The notes: generated by a model from the sequence alone, not told the origin. A stretch of 64,000 nt of DNA from an uncultured Acidobacteriota bacterium (GCA_963751025.1 CAVVTC010000005.1:312304-376303), one strand, 5' to 3'. Shown: positions 10,738-22,826, numbered from the stretch's first letter. Made by a program: numbers and translations.

Positions 10738-11087
10738 CTACTGTCGTGCAGTTCGGCGCGCACGCTGCTTCGGCGACACCGACTTGATGACGAGACGACC
10801 CCGGCCGCTTCGCGGCAGTGGCGTGTCGCTTTCTTTGATGGCCGCGGTCACCAGGTCCTCGATCTCGGGCCGATCGAGCATGGCAGCCGACTCGAGTCGC
10901 ACGAACCGTCCCTGGTTGCCGCTTCCGAGCAGCAGGCGATTCGGATCGGGAAGCGCCACACCGTACATGAAGTAGAGGCTCACGCCGCGCGCACGACCTT
11001 CTGGATCGCCGGGTCGAACCGGCCAATGAATGTAGTGAGCTGCTTAGCCGGGGAGAGCGCCGTCGCCGCGGGCGCGCTTCGCTTCAT
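10738..11087 (-). CDS. Second DUF1801-like protein, with a frame change near 10985
   Basis: ATG 11087 opens MKRSAPAATALSPAKQLTTFIGRFDPAIQKVVRAAR. A different frame continues SLYFMYGVALPDPNRLLLGSGNQGRFVRLES..RLVIKSVSPKQRARR. The total length is not a multiple of 3. Confidence 0.5.
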
Positions 11088-11185
11088 GTGAGTCAAGGCT
11101 CATGGGAAGTCTAATTCGGGCTTCGCAACCAGCAGCACGGCAGAAACGCGGATCACGGTGAAAGCCATCAACATCTCTCCAAGGT

Positions 11186-12822
11186 TCAGTGGCGCATGGC
11201 GTCGAGCGCGCGGACGCCTGATCTCATCGCCATCCACCATGTCCCCATCCCGATCGCGACCACTGCGCTGAAGCACGCCCCGATGATCGCCTGGCGTCCG
11301 GGTGTCAGCCGGAATCGGAACTGCCCGGTCGTGGACATCATGTAGATGGACGAGGACCAGCCGAGCAGGACGATGGTGACGATGATGAACAGGACAGCGA
11401 GGATCATGAACATGACGCCGCCGTAGGAGCCGGCCGCCTGCGTCGCGTCGGCGCCGAAGCGCGGGTACCGCGCGCCAAGGCCAGTGGCGAGACCGACGAG
11501 CGCGAACGTCATCACGATGATGCCCCCCGCCGCGACGACCTTCAGGAACGGATCGACGCCGAGCAACTGGTTGGCCGCGATGGTCAGCACTTCGGTGAAG
11601 AGCAGGACGGGCACCAGCGCGGTCCAGAACTTCGACCACAGAAAGTCGTGCATCGAGATCGGCGACGTCCGGATGATCCAGAATGCGGATCCCTCGGCCG
11701 AGACCGCCGGAAAGACGAACCGCACCGCGACGGTCGCCATCACGAACCCGGCCATCCCGAGATTCACGAACGCGTAGATGTTCTTGACGAACCGGCCGAC
11801 GAACGGCATGCGCTCCAGGTCGAGCACCTGGAAGTTGTAGAGATAGAGCAGCACGAGCGCGAGCAGCGGCAGCAGCTGCACCCACTGGCTCACGTCGCGC
11901 AGGAACACCTTCACGTCCTTGACGAGCAGTTGACGCCGCACGGGCGACAGCGGCAGCGTGGCCGCGACGACATCGAGCGAGCGGAACTTGGCGAAGCGTG
12001 TCTTCGGCGCCTCCTGCGATCGACTGTAGCCGGCGAAGTGCCAGCGTTCGTGAGCGCCGGCGAGCAACACGGTGAATGCGCCGGCCGTCGTCCACAACGC
12101 GCCCTGGTGCACCCAGTCCACGCCGCCCTGAATCCCCGCGAACAGCGCCTCGCCGGCCCAGAACGACGGCAGCAGCGGCGTGATCGGCGACTGTAGCGTG
12201 GCGAAGAAGTCCGTGATATCCGGCAGCGACTCCACGCGCATCAGCCGCTCGGGCTGAATGAATCGCAGCAGCAGGACGATGCCGGCTGCGAAGACCAGGC
12301 CCATCAGCATCAGCAGGTCGCGCGCGCGACGGGCGGGAAATACGTTGACGACGAACAGCGTGCAGGCCGACCCGAGCGCGACCGGAATGATGGCGAACGG
12401 CACGACCGTCGCCGCCGCCGTGAGATAGAACGCCAGCGGCGCGCACCGGCCGACGCCGATACCGGCACAGCACCGGGCGTCATGAAGATGATCACCATCC
12501 ACGACGCGGATCCCAGCGTGCGCGTGAAGCGCGCGGCAAAGAGTCTGCGCGCCGCAATCGGACTGGTCATCAGCAGCCGCAGATCGTCGGACAGGAAGAA
12601 CGAGGACAGCGCCGTCACGATGCCGCTGAACGCGAGGAAGGCCAGGAACGAGAGGAAGAGCCACGACAGGCCGAGGCGCAGCAGGTAGTCGCCGAATTCT
12701 TCGTAGGCCGCGAGCTGCGGGGTCAGCCAGTACGCACCCCAGAACAGCGCCCCGACGACGACCAGCCCGACGCCGCCGAACAGCAGGCCGCGCAGCGAGT
12801 CGCCCCGCTCGCGCCGGAGCAT
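11186..12822 (-). CDS. Large ABC-2-type exporter permease, with a frame change near 12470. The start may lie upstream of 12822.
   Basis: A polytopic hydrophobic protein sits directly downstream of the ABC ATPase gene in the same orientation. The two ORFs (12310..12822 and 11186..12664) join sensibly. Confidence 0.6.
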
Positions 12823-12878
12823 GCGATTGCGCGCCGCCCAGTAGGACGGCAGCAGGAGATACGGGAAGGCAAGGTCGC

Positions 12879-12944
12879 GGTCCGGCTAAAGCCGGACACT
12901 ACGACAGAGCCGGGCGCCCCGAAGTGTCCGGCTTTAGCCGGACC
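12879..12944. repeat. Pair of inverted GTCCGGCT-NN-AGCCGGAC hairpins (BIME/REP-like) between the ABC ATPase and permease genes
   Basis: The sequence ggtccggctaaagccggacac ... gtgtccggctttagccggacc has the same 8-nt stem as 6046-6063. The two hairpins also pair with each other. Confidence 0.8.
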
Positions 12945-12948
12945 GATG

Positions 12949-13702
12949 TCAGATTTCATCGATTTCCTGCAGACCGCTGCCGCCCGTGAGTTTCAGGAAG
13001 ACCGACGTGAGGTGTTCGTCGTTCGTGCTGCCGGCAATCTGCTTCACCTCATCGACGGTGCCCTGCGCGATGATGTGGCCCTTTTGAATGATGCTGACCC
13101 GGTGGCACATCTCCTGTGCGACTTCGAGCGTGTGCGTGCTCATGAGGATCGCGACGCCGCGCTCGCTCATGCGCCGGAAGACGTCCTTGATCAGCCTCGC
13201 TCCGCGGGGATCGAGTCCGACCATCGGCTCGTCCACGGCCACGGCCTGCGGGCCGATGAAAGAACGCCGAGCTCATGACCAGCCGCTGCTTCATCCCGTG
13301 CGAGAAGCTCTCGATCAGCTCGTTCTTCCACTGACTGAGCTCGAACAACTCGAGCATCTCGTCCACGCGTCCGCTGACGTGGCCGTTGGTCATCCCGTAC
13401 AACCCGGCGTGGAACGAGAGGAACTCGCCGGCGGTGAGCTTGTCGTAGATGAACGGTCGATCGGGGATGAAGCCAAGCGACGCTTTCGCGGCCTCGGGCT
13501 CCTTCTCGAGGTCGTGGTTGTTCACGAGGATCCGGCCGGACGAAGGCTTCAACAGCCCGGCAATCATCCGCATCGTCGTCGTCTTGCCGGCGCCGTTGGG
13601 ACCGAGGAAGCCGTGGATCTCGCCCGGCGGCACGCTGAGCGTGACGCCATCGACCGCCTTGAAGCGGCCGTAAATCTTTACCAGGTTCTGCACCGCGATC
13701 AT
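12949..13702 (-). CDS. ABC transporter ATP-binding protein (ABC-2 exporter type), with a frame change near 13250
   Basis: Walker A GPNGAGKTT, signature FSHGMKQRL, then in the next frame Walker B VDEPMVGLD and H-loop STHTLE. Confidence 0.9.
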
Positions 13703-13735
13703 GTGTTGGTCTCCGGCCCGTTCACAACGACGGCC

Positions 13736-15368
13736 CTACTTCCTCGAGCACCGGCAGGACCCGGACTGCGCGGATGGCGCGACCGTCGCCAGCGAACCCA
13801 GATCCAGCGCTTCCGGCGCGCGGCCGACGATGACGCGGTTGGCGGCCGGCGCGAGCTCAAGGTCGAGGACGGTCATCTTCAAGCGCCCGATCAGCGGCAG
13901 CACGACCGCCTGCTTGTCCAGGCCGCCTCGCGTCAGCCGCACGTGCGTCGCGTCGGCGGGAAACTGATTCAACGTGGGATCGACGGGAAGCCAGAGGCCC
14001 TGACCACTCTTCTCGGCGACGTACACCTCGGGCCACGCGTGGTAGTAGAACGCGCCGTGCATGAAGACCAGGCCGACCGCGATGCGCGCCGGCATCCCGA
14101 TGGATCTGGCCATCGCGACGAAGAGCGCCGTGTGCTCGTTGCAGTCGCCGACCTTCGTGCGCAGGACCTCGCGCGCCGAGGGCAGGCTGACGGTCGGCTT
14201 CTTGTCCAGCAGTCCGTTCACGTAGCGCGTCAGGCGTTCGGCACGCGTGCGATCGTCGGACGCACCGCGGATGGCCTGCTCGGCCTCGGCTCGAATCTCT
14301 GGCGCATCGCTCTCGATGAGCGGCTCCGCGGCCAGATAGCGCTCGGCGTCCGCATCGCGTGGCCCGGGTTGCAGCGACTGCGGATCGACGATCTCGATCA
14401 CGTTCGCGTCGGCGCTCTGCCCTGCTCCGTCGAGCTCACCAACAGGCAGATCCACGCCGTCGAGCCGCAGCTTGAGACGCCGCACGTCACGCGGCTCATC
14501 GATCCGTCCTTTCATCGTCGGGACGATCGCGGCCAGCCTGGAGCAGATCCGCCTGCACGCGACCTGGAACGGCGAGGCCACGGGCGCGTTCAGGTGATTC
14601 GCGGATGGTCATGAGGCCGAGCGGACTCTCTTCGCGAACGACCTCGCCGGTGTCGGTCACCCACGACGTCGTCTTCAGGCCGCGGAATTCCGTCTCGACG
14701 CGGAACGCCGGCATCACCGTGTCGTTGGCCCGCACGACGCCACGATCGCCGACGGTCACCGTCATCACCGCGCTTTGCAGCGTGGCCGGGTCGAGCACGG
14801 TCCGCTTCAGGCTCGTGCCCGGGACCAGTCCGCCATTGGCGAGCAGGCGCGAGAGGTTCAGCGACAGCACCGGGGCCTCCGGCAGCTCGCGCGTTTCGGT
14901 GCGCGTGCCGCCGCCCGAATCGATTGCCAGCGTCAGCCGGTACGATCCGCCGGGCTGCGCCGGTCGATCGAGCGTGCCCTTCACCGTGATCGGGCCGGTG
15001 CCGGGATCGAGTGAGAAGTCGAAGGACCGCAGCATGAACGAGGTGTCCACACGCGCGGTGGTGCGAATCGTCGCGGCAGTGTCCTGGCCGAGCAGCAGCA
15101 TCTGCAGGCGGCCGTCCTCCTGCAACTCGAAGCCCTCGTCCGTGCGCGTCGTCTGGCTGACAGTGAAGCCGATCTTCTCGCCGCGGTAGTAGACGCCGCG
15201 CCAGACGGCCGTCGAGCCGTAGCGCGCGAGGTCGGTCGCGAGATTGGCCGGCGACGCCTGCACGTACGAGCGATTGACGAGGACCGCCATCACGGCAATC
15301 CACGCGACGAGGACGAGCAACGCGAACGGCCGGGTCAGCGTGCGGGGCAGGGGCCTGAAGAGGGTCAT
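13736..15368 (-). CDS. Membrane-anchored transglutaminase-like cysteine protease family protein, with a frame change near 14550
   Basis: The N-terminal TM is FALLVLVAWIAVMAVLV. The C-terminal core is GDCNEHTALFVAMARSIGMPARIAVG...YYHAWPEVY...DPT (Cys-His-Asp). Confidence 0.75.
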
Positions 15369-15465
15369 CGCAGATGGATCTACGATTCGTTTATCGGCCC
15401 TTCGACGGGCCGGGGGCAGGCCCGGGCCTGGCCTGTGCCAGGCCCTCACAACCCCATGGCTTACC

Positions 15466-15702
15466 TTGACTTACGCGGATTTCGAGCAGTACGCTGACCT
15501 TCTGACTATCATCCTGAACGGCGAGCGCTACGAGTTGGACGAGCCGATCTCGGTCGCTGGTCTGCTGGCCAGGCTGGAGATCGATCCGCGCCGCGTCGCC
15601 ATCGAGCACAATCTGACCATCATCAAGCGCCAGACCTTCCCCGAGGTCGTCATCGGCGAAGGCGACAGGCTCGAAATCGTGAACTTTGTCGGAGGCGGGT
15701 AA
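15466..15702 (+). CDS. thiS: Sulfur-carrier protein ThiS. The start is uncertain; TTG 15466 is the first in-frame candidate.
   Basis: ..ILNGERYELDEPISVAGLLARLEIDPRRVAIEHNLTIIKRQTFPEVVIGEGDRLEIVNFVGGG ends in Gly-Gly and lies immediately upstream of thiG. Confidence 0.8.
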   Translation: MTYADFEQYADLLTIILNGERYELDEPISVAGLLARLEIDPRRVAIEHNLTIIKRQTFPEVVIGEGDRLEIVNFVGGG

Positions 15703-15708
15703 GACCCA

Positions 15709-16489
<781 letters not shown>

Positions 16490-16500
16490 GTCGCCGGCGC

Positions 16501-17648
16501 ATGAGCGACACCGACGCCCGGGCGCGCAGCCAGCATCTGATCGAGCAGCTGAACACCCTCTGGCGCGTCGGTGAGTCCGAACCCGGCGCTCCCCCGTCCC
16601 TCGCGTACGGCGACTCCTCGCGCTGATTCGCACGAACCTGCTGCGTCGTCAGGAAACCTTCAACTCGGCCACCGTTCAATACATCAACGAATACGGTCCG
16701 GCCGCTCGAGCTGTCCATCGACGAGTACAAGACTGCCCGCGACGACGTGCGGCGGTTTCAGGAGGCGCTGGCTGCCCGCGAGCGGCGGATGGAGGCGCAC
16801 ATCGATGCGATCCGGACCGAGCATGCCGAGATCCGGACGTCGCTGGGCGTGCTGCAGCAGGCCACGCACAATCTCGCCAAGGAGCAGTCCGGTCGCGCGC
16901 GGACCAGCGTCACGCCCGCTTCAGCGACTGCCGCGGTCACGGCGGCGTCATCGACCAGCGTGGAGACGCTCAGCCACAAGTACGTCGGCTTCGAGGACGC
17001 CTTTCGCGGATCGAGCGACGACATCCAGGCCCGGCTGCGGGACTACGTGCCGATCTTCGCCGGCGCGTCGGACGTCCTCGACATCGGCTGCGGCCGCGGC
17101 GAGTTCCTCGGTCTTCTGCGTGAGGGCGGCGTCAGCGGGCGCGGCATCGATCTCAACGACGCGATGGTAGCAGTGTGTCGCGAGAAGGGGTTCGAGGCGA
17201 CGAAGGCCGATGCGCTTTCCTATCTGCGCGGACTGCCGCCCGGCTCACTCGGCGGGCTGTTTGCTGCCCAGGTCGTCGAGCACCTCGACCCCGCGTATCT
17301 GACGCGGCTCTCGAGGCCGCATTCGACGCGCTGCGGCCCGGCGCGCCGATCGTGCTCGAGACGATCAACCCCGCCTGCTGGTTCGCGTTCTTCGAGAGCT
17401 ACATCCGCGACATCACCCACGTGCGGCCTTTGCATCCCGACACGCTGAAGTTCCTGCTCATTGCCAGCGGATTCCAGCAGATCGAGATTCAGTACCGCGC
17501 GCCGTATCCCGAGCACGACAAACTGCAGCCGCTCGCCAGGTCAGATCGGCTCGGGGACTCGGTGGACACGCTCAACGCGAACGTCGAGAAGATCAACCGC
17601 CTGCTGTTCACGCATCTTGACTACGCCGCAATCGGCCGGCGTTCGTGA
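16501..17648 (+). CDS. Class I SAM-dependent methyltransferase with a coiled-coil N-terminal region, with at least 2-3 frame changes
   Basis: [23 protein letters not shown].., then ..[16 protein letters not shown].., then motif [20 protein letters not shown], and in another frame [12 protein letters not shown]...HPDTLKFLL. Confidence 0.7.
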
Positions 17649-17655
17649 ACCTGCC

Positions 17656-18946
17656 ATGCTCCGTCGGGCCCTCTGGGTCATCGTCGTCAACGTGGTCGTC
17701 TTCTGCGTGCTCGCGGAATCAGTCGCGCTCTTCATTTTCTACAACCAGACCGGACGCCTGTTTTACACCTACCGGAAGCCGTACGAGCCGATCCCTGAAA
17801 CGCAGCAGGGCCGGATCACCGGCGACGGACTTCATCCCTACTTCGGCCCGACGCATCGGCAGGGTCACCCGTTCGACATTCCCGAGACGCTCCGTGAGCG
17901 CTCAACGACACCAGCGCGCCTGACGACGAACAACTTCGGGTTCGTGGCGGCGCACGACTACCCGTTCGTCAAGACCAACCCGAACCAGTTCGTCATCGGC
18001 ATCTTCGGCGGGTCGGTCGGCGCGTGGTTCTGCCAGATCGGCATCAACCGGCTCCTCGACGACCTGAAGGCGAACCCGTACTTCAAGGGCCGGGAGCTCG
18101 TGCCGCTGTGCCTCAGCCACGAGGGCTACAAGCAGCCGCAGCAACTGCTGGTGCTGTCGTACTTCCTGTCGATCGGTCAGGCCTTCGATCTCGTCGTGAA
18201 CATCGACGGCTTCAACGAGGTGGCGCTCGCCAGCCTCAACCACCAGCGCGGTCTCGACATCTCGATGCCGAGCGCCATGCACCTGGAGCCGCTCGTCAAC
18301 CTGGTGAATCAGTCATCGCTTACGCCGGAGAAGCTGCAGTCCCTGGCGGCGATCAGCGAGTACAAGGAACGCATCAACTATCTGGTCGGACGACTGCAGC
18401 AAAACCGCATCGCGGCGATCAACGTCGTTTTGGAGCAGCTGCACGCGAGCGCGACAGGAAGCTATCAGGCCGAGCTCGGTCGCTTCGGCAGCCTGCCGTC
18501 GAATCCGTCGAACGCGTCGTTGATTCTCGCGACGCCAAGCGTGACCGCTCGGGACGAGGCACGCGCGCTGGCGGACGCGGCGACAAACTGGTCTGAAGCG
18601 TCGGCGTTGATGCAGACGATGCTCGCGGCCAGGGGGGTGACCTACTTCCACGTCCTGCAGCCGAACCAGTACTTCACGACGCGAACGTTCACCGCGGACG
18701 AAGCAAGGTCGCCCGTTCAGACTCCTCGCCTTTCAAGACAAGTGCCGAGGCCGGCTATCCGGCGCTGATGAGAGAGTCCGCGGCGCTGAAGACGCGAGTC
18801 AACTTCCTCGACGCCACGGGCATCTTCGATCGCGAGGCGTCAGCCGTGTATATGGACGACTGCTGCCACTACACGTTGCGCGGCAATCAGCTGCTCGCCG
18901 ACGCTATCGCCGGTCGGATCTTGACTTCAAAGGGACCCTGGAACTG
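17656..18946 (+). CDS. N-terminally anchored hypothetical protein, possibly an SGNH/AlgJ-like acyl-esterase or O-acyltransferase, with a frame change near 18710
   Basis: The TM is LWVIVVNVVVFCVLAESVALFIF. After the frame change the C-terminal end reads YMDDCCHYTLRGNQLLADAIAGRI, which resembles SGNH block V (DxxH..G..LA). Confidence 0.45.
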
Positions 18947-19474
18947 AACCGAGCCTCCCGACATTTACGCAGCCATCTTGCTACGCCTCAACACTCGACG
19001 ACGCTCGCCGACCGGAAGGTGCCGGACGAAACAGACGATCAGGTGACGAAGCATCAACCATCTGGGAAGCTGGTGGCGTCTGCACAGCGTCGCAAACATC
19101 GCGCGTGTATCGGGAGGAACGCGGTACGGTCAAGACCGGGTAGTCGCGCAATCGCTCGCCTCGCCGCACTCCTCCCCGGGGTCGCCCTCGCTTTCGCGCG
19201 GTCCTTGCGGTGTCGTCTCGCATGACCGAGTCGTCAGCAAATGATTTGCCAAGTTCTTTCGGTCAGTCAGACGGCCAGACCATCGGCTTTGACCAGCAAT
19301 TCTCTCGCCGAGCCAGGCAGGTGATCCGTGGATCGCCTCCACAGGGTGAGCGTATGCACTGAGGCGGCGAGGTTGAGCAGTGGCGTTCCTGGTGACTCGC
19401 AATTGTGGATGCACAAAATTGACGAGCGCTCGAGGCCCGCATACCGTAGAGGCGCTCGCGTCCAAGGAATTCGA

Positions 19475-19687
19475 ATGCCCGATCGACCGTGCCCACGTTG
19501 CCGCAAGACTGGCCGCTTTCTTGTGGACTCGTCCGCGAGCGCGACCGTGGACTACTTCCGCTGTGATGGCTGCGGCGAAGTTTGGGTGCTCGACCGGACC
19601 GATGCGTCCAAGCCGCCGCGGTCGGTGACGCTCCCGAAGCGCGACTCGGACGACCGGCCCGCTGCGAGCGAACCATTCACCGAGTAA
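19475..19687 (+). CDS. Small zinc-ribbon protein (70 aa)
   Basis: AAGGA lies 6 nt upstream of the ATG. The sequence MPDRPCPRCRKTGRFLV...YFRCDGCGEVWVLD has two CxxC pairs. Confidence 0.5.
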   Translation: MPDRPCPRCRKTGRFLVDSSASATVDYFRCDGCGEVWVLDRTDASKPPRSVTLPKRDSDDRPAASEPFTE

Positions 19688-19700
19688 CTCAGTCTCCCTC

Positions 19701-20192
19701 TCACTCAGGCGCTGCTGGACGCAACAGACTGATGTTGCCGGGCGTCTCGACGCTCTGCGCCAGCACCAGCGGATAGCGACTCAGCGCGTCCCGTTCCGTC
19801 TCGGTGAGCGCACTCGTCCGCGGGAGGGCCCCGGCGACCTGTGCCCCGCTGAAGGTGCCCGCGGGGCCGGTGACCGTCACCGGCATGTGCTGCACCACGC
19901 TCGCCGTTCCGGACTCCACGACGACGCCGACCCGGTCGCGGCCGCCGAGGCCGGCGACGTCCCGATGACCCACCAGGATGAACACGCGAGGGCTCACCAC
20001 ACGGTCCACGATCGCATCGGCCACACGTACTCGCAGCCCGGCGAACTGGACAACGTGCATGGAGAGATTCTCGACGCTCACCCTGATGGCGGCCGGGTCG
20101 GTCGGGGTGATCCGCAAATCCTGCCCGCTCAGCCGCACGCTGGTCGCAGCCATCCACGTCAGCATCACCACAGTCGTGGTCAGGCGATTCAT
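19701..20192 (-). CDS. Secreted hypothetical protein
   Basis: Intact, 163 aa, with a signal-peptide-like N-terminus MNRLTTTVVMLTWMAATSV. I do not recognise a family. Confidence 0.5.
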   Translation of the reverse strand: MNRLTTTVVMLTWMAATSVRLSGQDLRITPTDPAAIRVSVENLSMHVVQFAGLRVRVADAIVDRVVSPRVFILVGHRDVAGLGGRDRVGVVVESGTASVVQHMPVTVTGPAGTFSGAQVAGALPRTSALTETERDALSRYPLVLAQSVETPGNISLLRPAAPE

Positions 20193-20211
20193 GTGCGGTA
20201 CACCAAATCGT

Positions 20212-20973
20212 CTACCGGGAGAGGCGGCGCCTGAGAGTCAGTCCCAGCCCCGTCCCGAGAAACATCAGGCTCGTGAGTCCGATGAGAGGCCACGAACTGG
20301 CTGTCGACGGCAACGTCGCCCTTGCCTGCGCCGGTGGCGCTGGCGGCGATGCCGGTGGCGGCTCGGCCGCTCGCGGAGGCGGGGCTGGGGCCGCAGGGAC
20401 CGGTCGCGGCGCAGGAGGTGCGGCCGCGGCGACCGCCGGATCGAGTGTTGCCTTCACTTCCCGTTCGGTCAGGGTCTGCGGCTGCCTCGTGGTGATGATC
20501 GTCGCGCTCAGTACGTCGCCTTCACGGAAATCCGAAATTTCCGCAGGCTGGCCATCGCGCACGATCTTGATCCCGCGCTTGTCGATGTCCGACTGCGAGA
20601 ACCGCTTGACCGAATTGTCGGGCATCCGCACGACGATGGTCCCGCCACTTCTCTGCACGACCGTGCCGTTCTTCACCTCGGTGACGGTGACCGGCGTCAT
20701 CGTCGTTTTCGTCGTGATGGTGGCCGAGCCCTTCATGCCCACCTTCAACTCACGCACGGACAACGGCTGTCCGTTCACCATGAAGCGAAATTCATCTGGA
20801 ACGGTCAGCTCCCTCGTCCCTTCCGGCAGCCTGACAACCAGCTGGTTGCCGTCCACTGAAAGCACTTCGAATGTCTTCGTCTGCGTGGAGGCCGTCGTCT
20901 GCGCCTCCGACACGACGGCGGTGAGACATACGGCCGCAACGGCCAGCACTATCCGATTGATTGCACGTGTCAT
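20212..20973 (-). CDS. Predicted sortase substrate: signal peptide, beta-rich domain, Pro/Ala-rich stalk and an LPSTAS sorting signal
   Basis: The signal peptide is MTRAINRIVLAVAAVCLTAVVSEAQ. Later comes ...APPAPRPVPAAPAPPPRAAEPPPASPPAPPAQARAT. Then LPSTAS + WPLIGLTSLMFLGTGLGLTL + RRRLSR. The gene is directly downstream of a sortase gene. Confidence 0.65.
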   Translation of the reverse strand: MTRAINRIVLAVAAVCLTAVVSEAQTTASTQTKTFEVLSVDGNQLVVRLPEGTRELTVPDEFRFMVNGQPLSVRELKVGMKGSATITTKTTMTPVTVTEVKNGTVVQRSGGTIVVRMPDNSVKRFSQSDIDKRGIKIVRDGQPAEISDFREGDVLSATIITTRQPQTLTEREVKATLDPAVAAAAPPAPRPVPAAPAPPPRAAEPPPASPPAPPAQARATLPSTASSWPLIGLTSLMFLGTGLGLTLRRRLSR

Positions 20974-20990
20974 GACTCTCTCTCCATTTC

Positions 20991-21713
20991 TCAATGCTCT
21001 ACAAGAGGTGAGCGGACCACAACGCCGCGAGCAAGCGAAGACGTCGGTTGGTTGCTCACTCTCACGGCACGCACGATGAAGCGCTGGGGGGCCGAGCCGA
21101 CGAAGTAGAAGGGATAGCAGGTGACGAGCGTCAAGACCCGACCGGGCGCCGGGTCGAGGACCGACACGTCTTCCGGGTTGACGATCCACGTTCGCTCGAC
21201 GCGATACAGCTCTGTGCCGCGGAGCGTGTCCAGCTCGATCGCATCACCCAGGGCAACGTCTTTCAGTCCCCGGAAAAAACCGTCACGATGGCCGGCGATG
21301 CCCGAGTTCCCGTCCGTTCCAGGTTGTGCGGTGTCCTCGATGTGGCCGAGACCACGGTCGAGCGTGCGGTCGGCAGTGCCCTGCAGCACGGGCACCTCGA
21401 GTCCGATTCCCGGGATTCGCAGCACCGCGAGCGCAAGCTGGGCTGGTTCGCTCAGCGTCTTCCGCCACGAGTTGACGCGAATCGAGGACCACAGCGTTTG
21501 ATCGGGCAGCCCGGCGCGCATCACGACAGACTGGAGGGCGACAAAGCGCTCCAGATGACGCCGCGTCGCCGAGGCGGCCTCGATGTGGAAGGCGCCCCAG
21601 CACACCAAGCCGACCAGGCCGAGAGCCCAGCTGAGCCGCTCGGCGACGAGCAGAAGCCGGCGGAAACGGAGTGGATCCATCGTTCGAGCCACAGAATCTG
21701 CCTCTGTGGCCAC
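20991..21713 (-). CDS. Sortase family transpeptidase. An alternative start at about 21680 is possible.
   Basis: Intact, with an N-terminal TM. The catalytic His is in IAGHRDGFF, the Cys is in LTLVTCYPF (TLxTC), and the Arg is in QRFIVRAV. Confidence 0.85.
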   Translation of the reverse strand: MATEADSVARTMDPLRFRRLLLVAERLSWALGLVGLVCWGAFHIEAASATRRHLERFVALQSVVMRAGLPDQTLWSSIRVNSWRKTLSEPAQLALAVLRIPGIGLEVPVLQGTADRTLDRGLGHIEDTAQPGTDGNSGIAGHRDGFFRGLKDVALGDAIELDTLRGTELYRVERTWIVNPEDVSVLDPAPGRVLTLVTCYPFYFVGSAPQRFIVRAVRVSNQPTSSLARGVVVRSPLVEH

Positions 21714-21827
21714 TCGCGACTATGCCGTTCCGGCACACCACGGGCCCACTCCCCTTTTCGGAGATCTACAGATCAGACGGTCGGCGAACTCGAGGGGTTG
21801 GCGAGGAGGGACGCGTCGAGGCCGGCG

Positions 21828-22826
21828 CTATCTCGGAATCCAGTGTGTCCTGGGTGGCGCGGACGGCCCGGACAGCTTGGCGATGTCGGCGTCCACCATC
21901 ATCGCGACCAGCCCCTCGAACGAGACGGTCGGCTGCCACCCGAACGCCTGCGTCGCCTTCGCGGCGTCACCGATCAGGTGATCGACCTCGGCGGGGCGAA
22001 TCAGCGACGGGTCGGTGCGGACATGCTTCTGCCAGTCCAGACCGGCGTGGCCAAAGGCCGCCTCGACGAGGTTCTTGACGGAGTGGCTGACACCGGTCGC
22101 GATCACGTAGTCGTCGGCCTTGTCCTGCTGCAGCATCAGCCACATCGCCCGCACGTAGTCGCCAGCAAAGCCCCAGTCGCGGCAGGCGTCGAGGTTGCCG
22201 AGCGACAGGTGATCGGCCAGGCCGAGCTTGATGCGGGCAACCCCGTCGGTCACCTTGCGCGTGACGAACTCGTGCCCGCGGCGCGGCGACTCGTGATTGA
22301 ACAGGATCCCCGACACCGCAAACATCCCGTAGCTCTCGCGGTAGTTCACGGTGATGTAGTGGCCGAACACCTTGGAGACGCCGTAGGGACTTCGCGGATA
22401 GAACGGCGTGAGCTCGGTCTGCGGCACTTCCCTGACTCGTCCGTACATCTCGCTCGAAGACGCCTGATACAGACGGATCCCGACGTCCACCTGCCGAACG
22501 GCCTCGAGCAGGCGCGTGACGCCCATCGAGTTGTAGTCGCCGGTCAGCAGCGGTTGATCCCAGGAGGCCGGCACGAACGACATCGCCGCCAGGTTGTACA
22601 GCTCATGGGGCTTGACGTCCGACACGATCCGCATCAGCGACTGCTGATCCAGCAGATCACCCGGACGCAGCGTGATGCGATCGAGCAGGTGCTCGATCCG
22701 CCACAGATTCGGGGCGCTCGAGCGGCGGATGACGCCGGTGACTTCGTAGCCCTTTTCGAGGAGCAGCTCCGCGAGATACGAACCGTCCTGCCCGGTGATT
22801 CCGGTGATGACCGCGCGCTTAGACAT
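21828..22826 (-). CDS. gmd: GDP-mannose 4,6-dehydratase
   Basis: Intact, 332 aa. Motifs are [43 protein letters not shown] and [10 protein letters not shown]. Confidence 0.95.
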   Translation of the reverse strand: MSKRAVITGITGQDGSYLAELLLEKGYEVTGVIRRSSAPNLWRIEHLLDRITLRPGDLLDQQSLMRIVSDVKPHELYNLAAMSFVPASWDQPLLTGDYNSMGVTRLLEAVRQVDVGIRLYQASSSEMYGRVREVPQTELTPFYPRSPYGVSKVFGHYITVNYRESYGMFAVSGILFNHESPRRGHEFVTRKVTDGVARIKLGLADHLSLGNLDACRDWGFAGDYVRAMWLMLQQDKADDYVIATGVSHSVKNLVEAAFGHAGLDWQKHVRTDPSLIRPAEVDHLIGDAAKATQAFGWQPTVSFEGLVAMMVDADIAKLSGPSAPPRTHWIPR

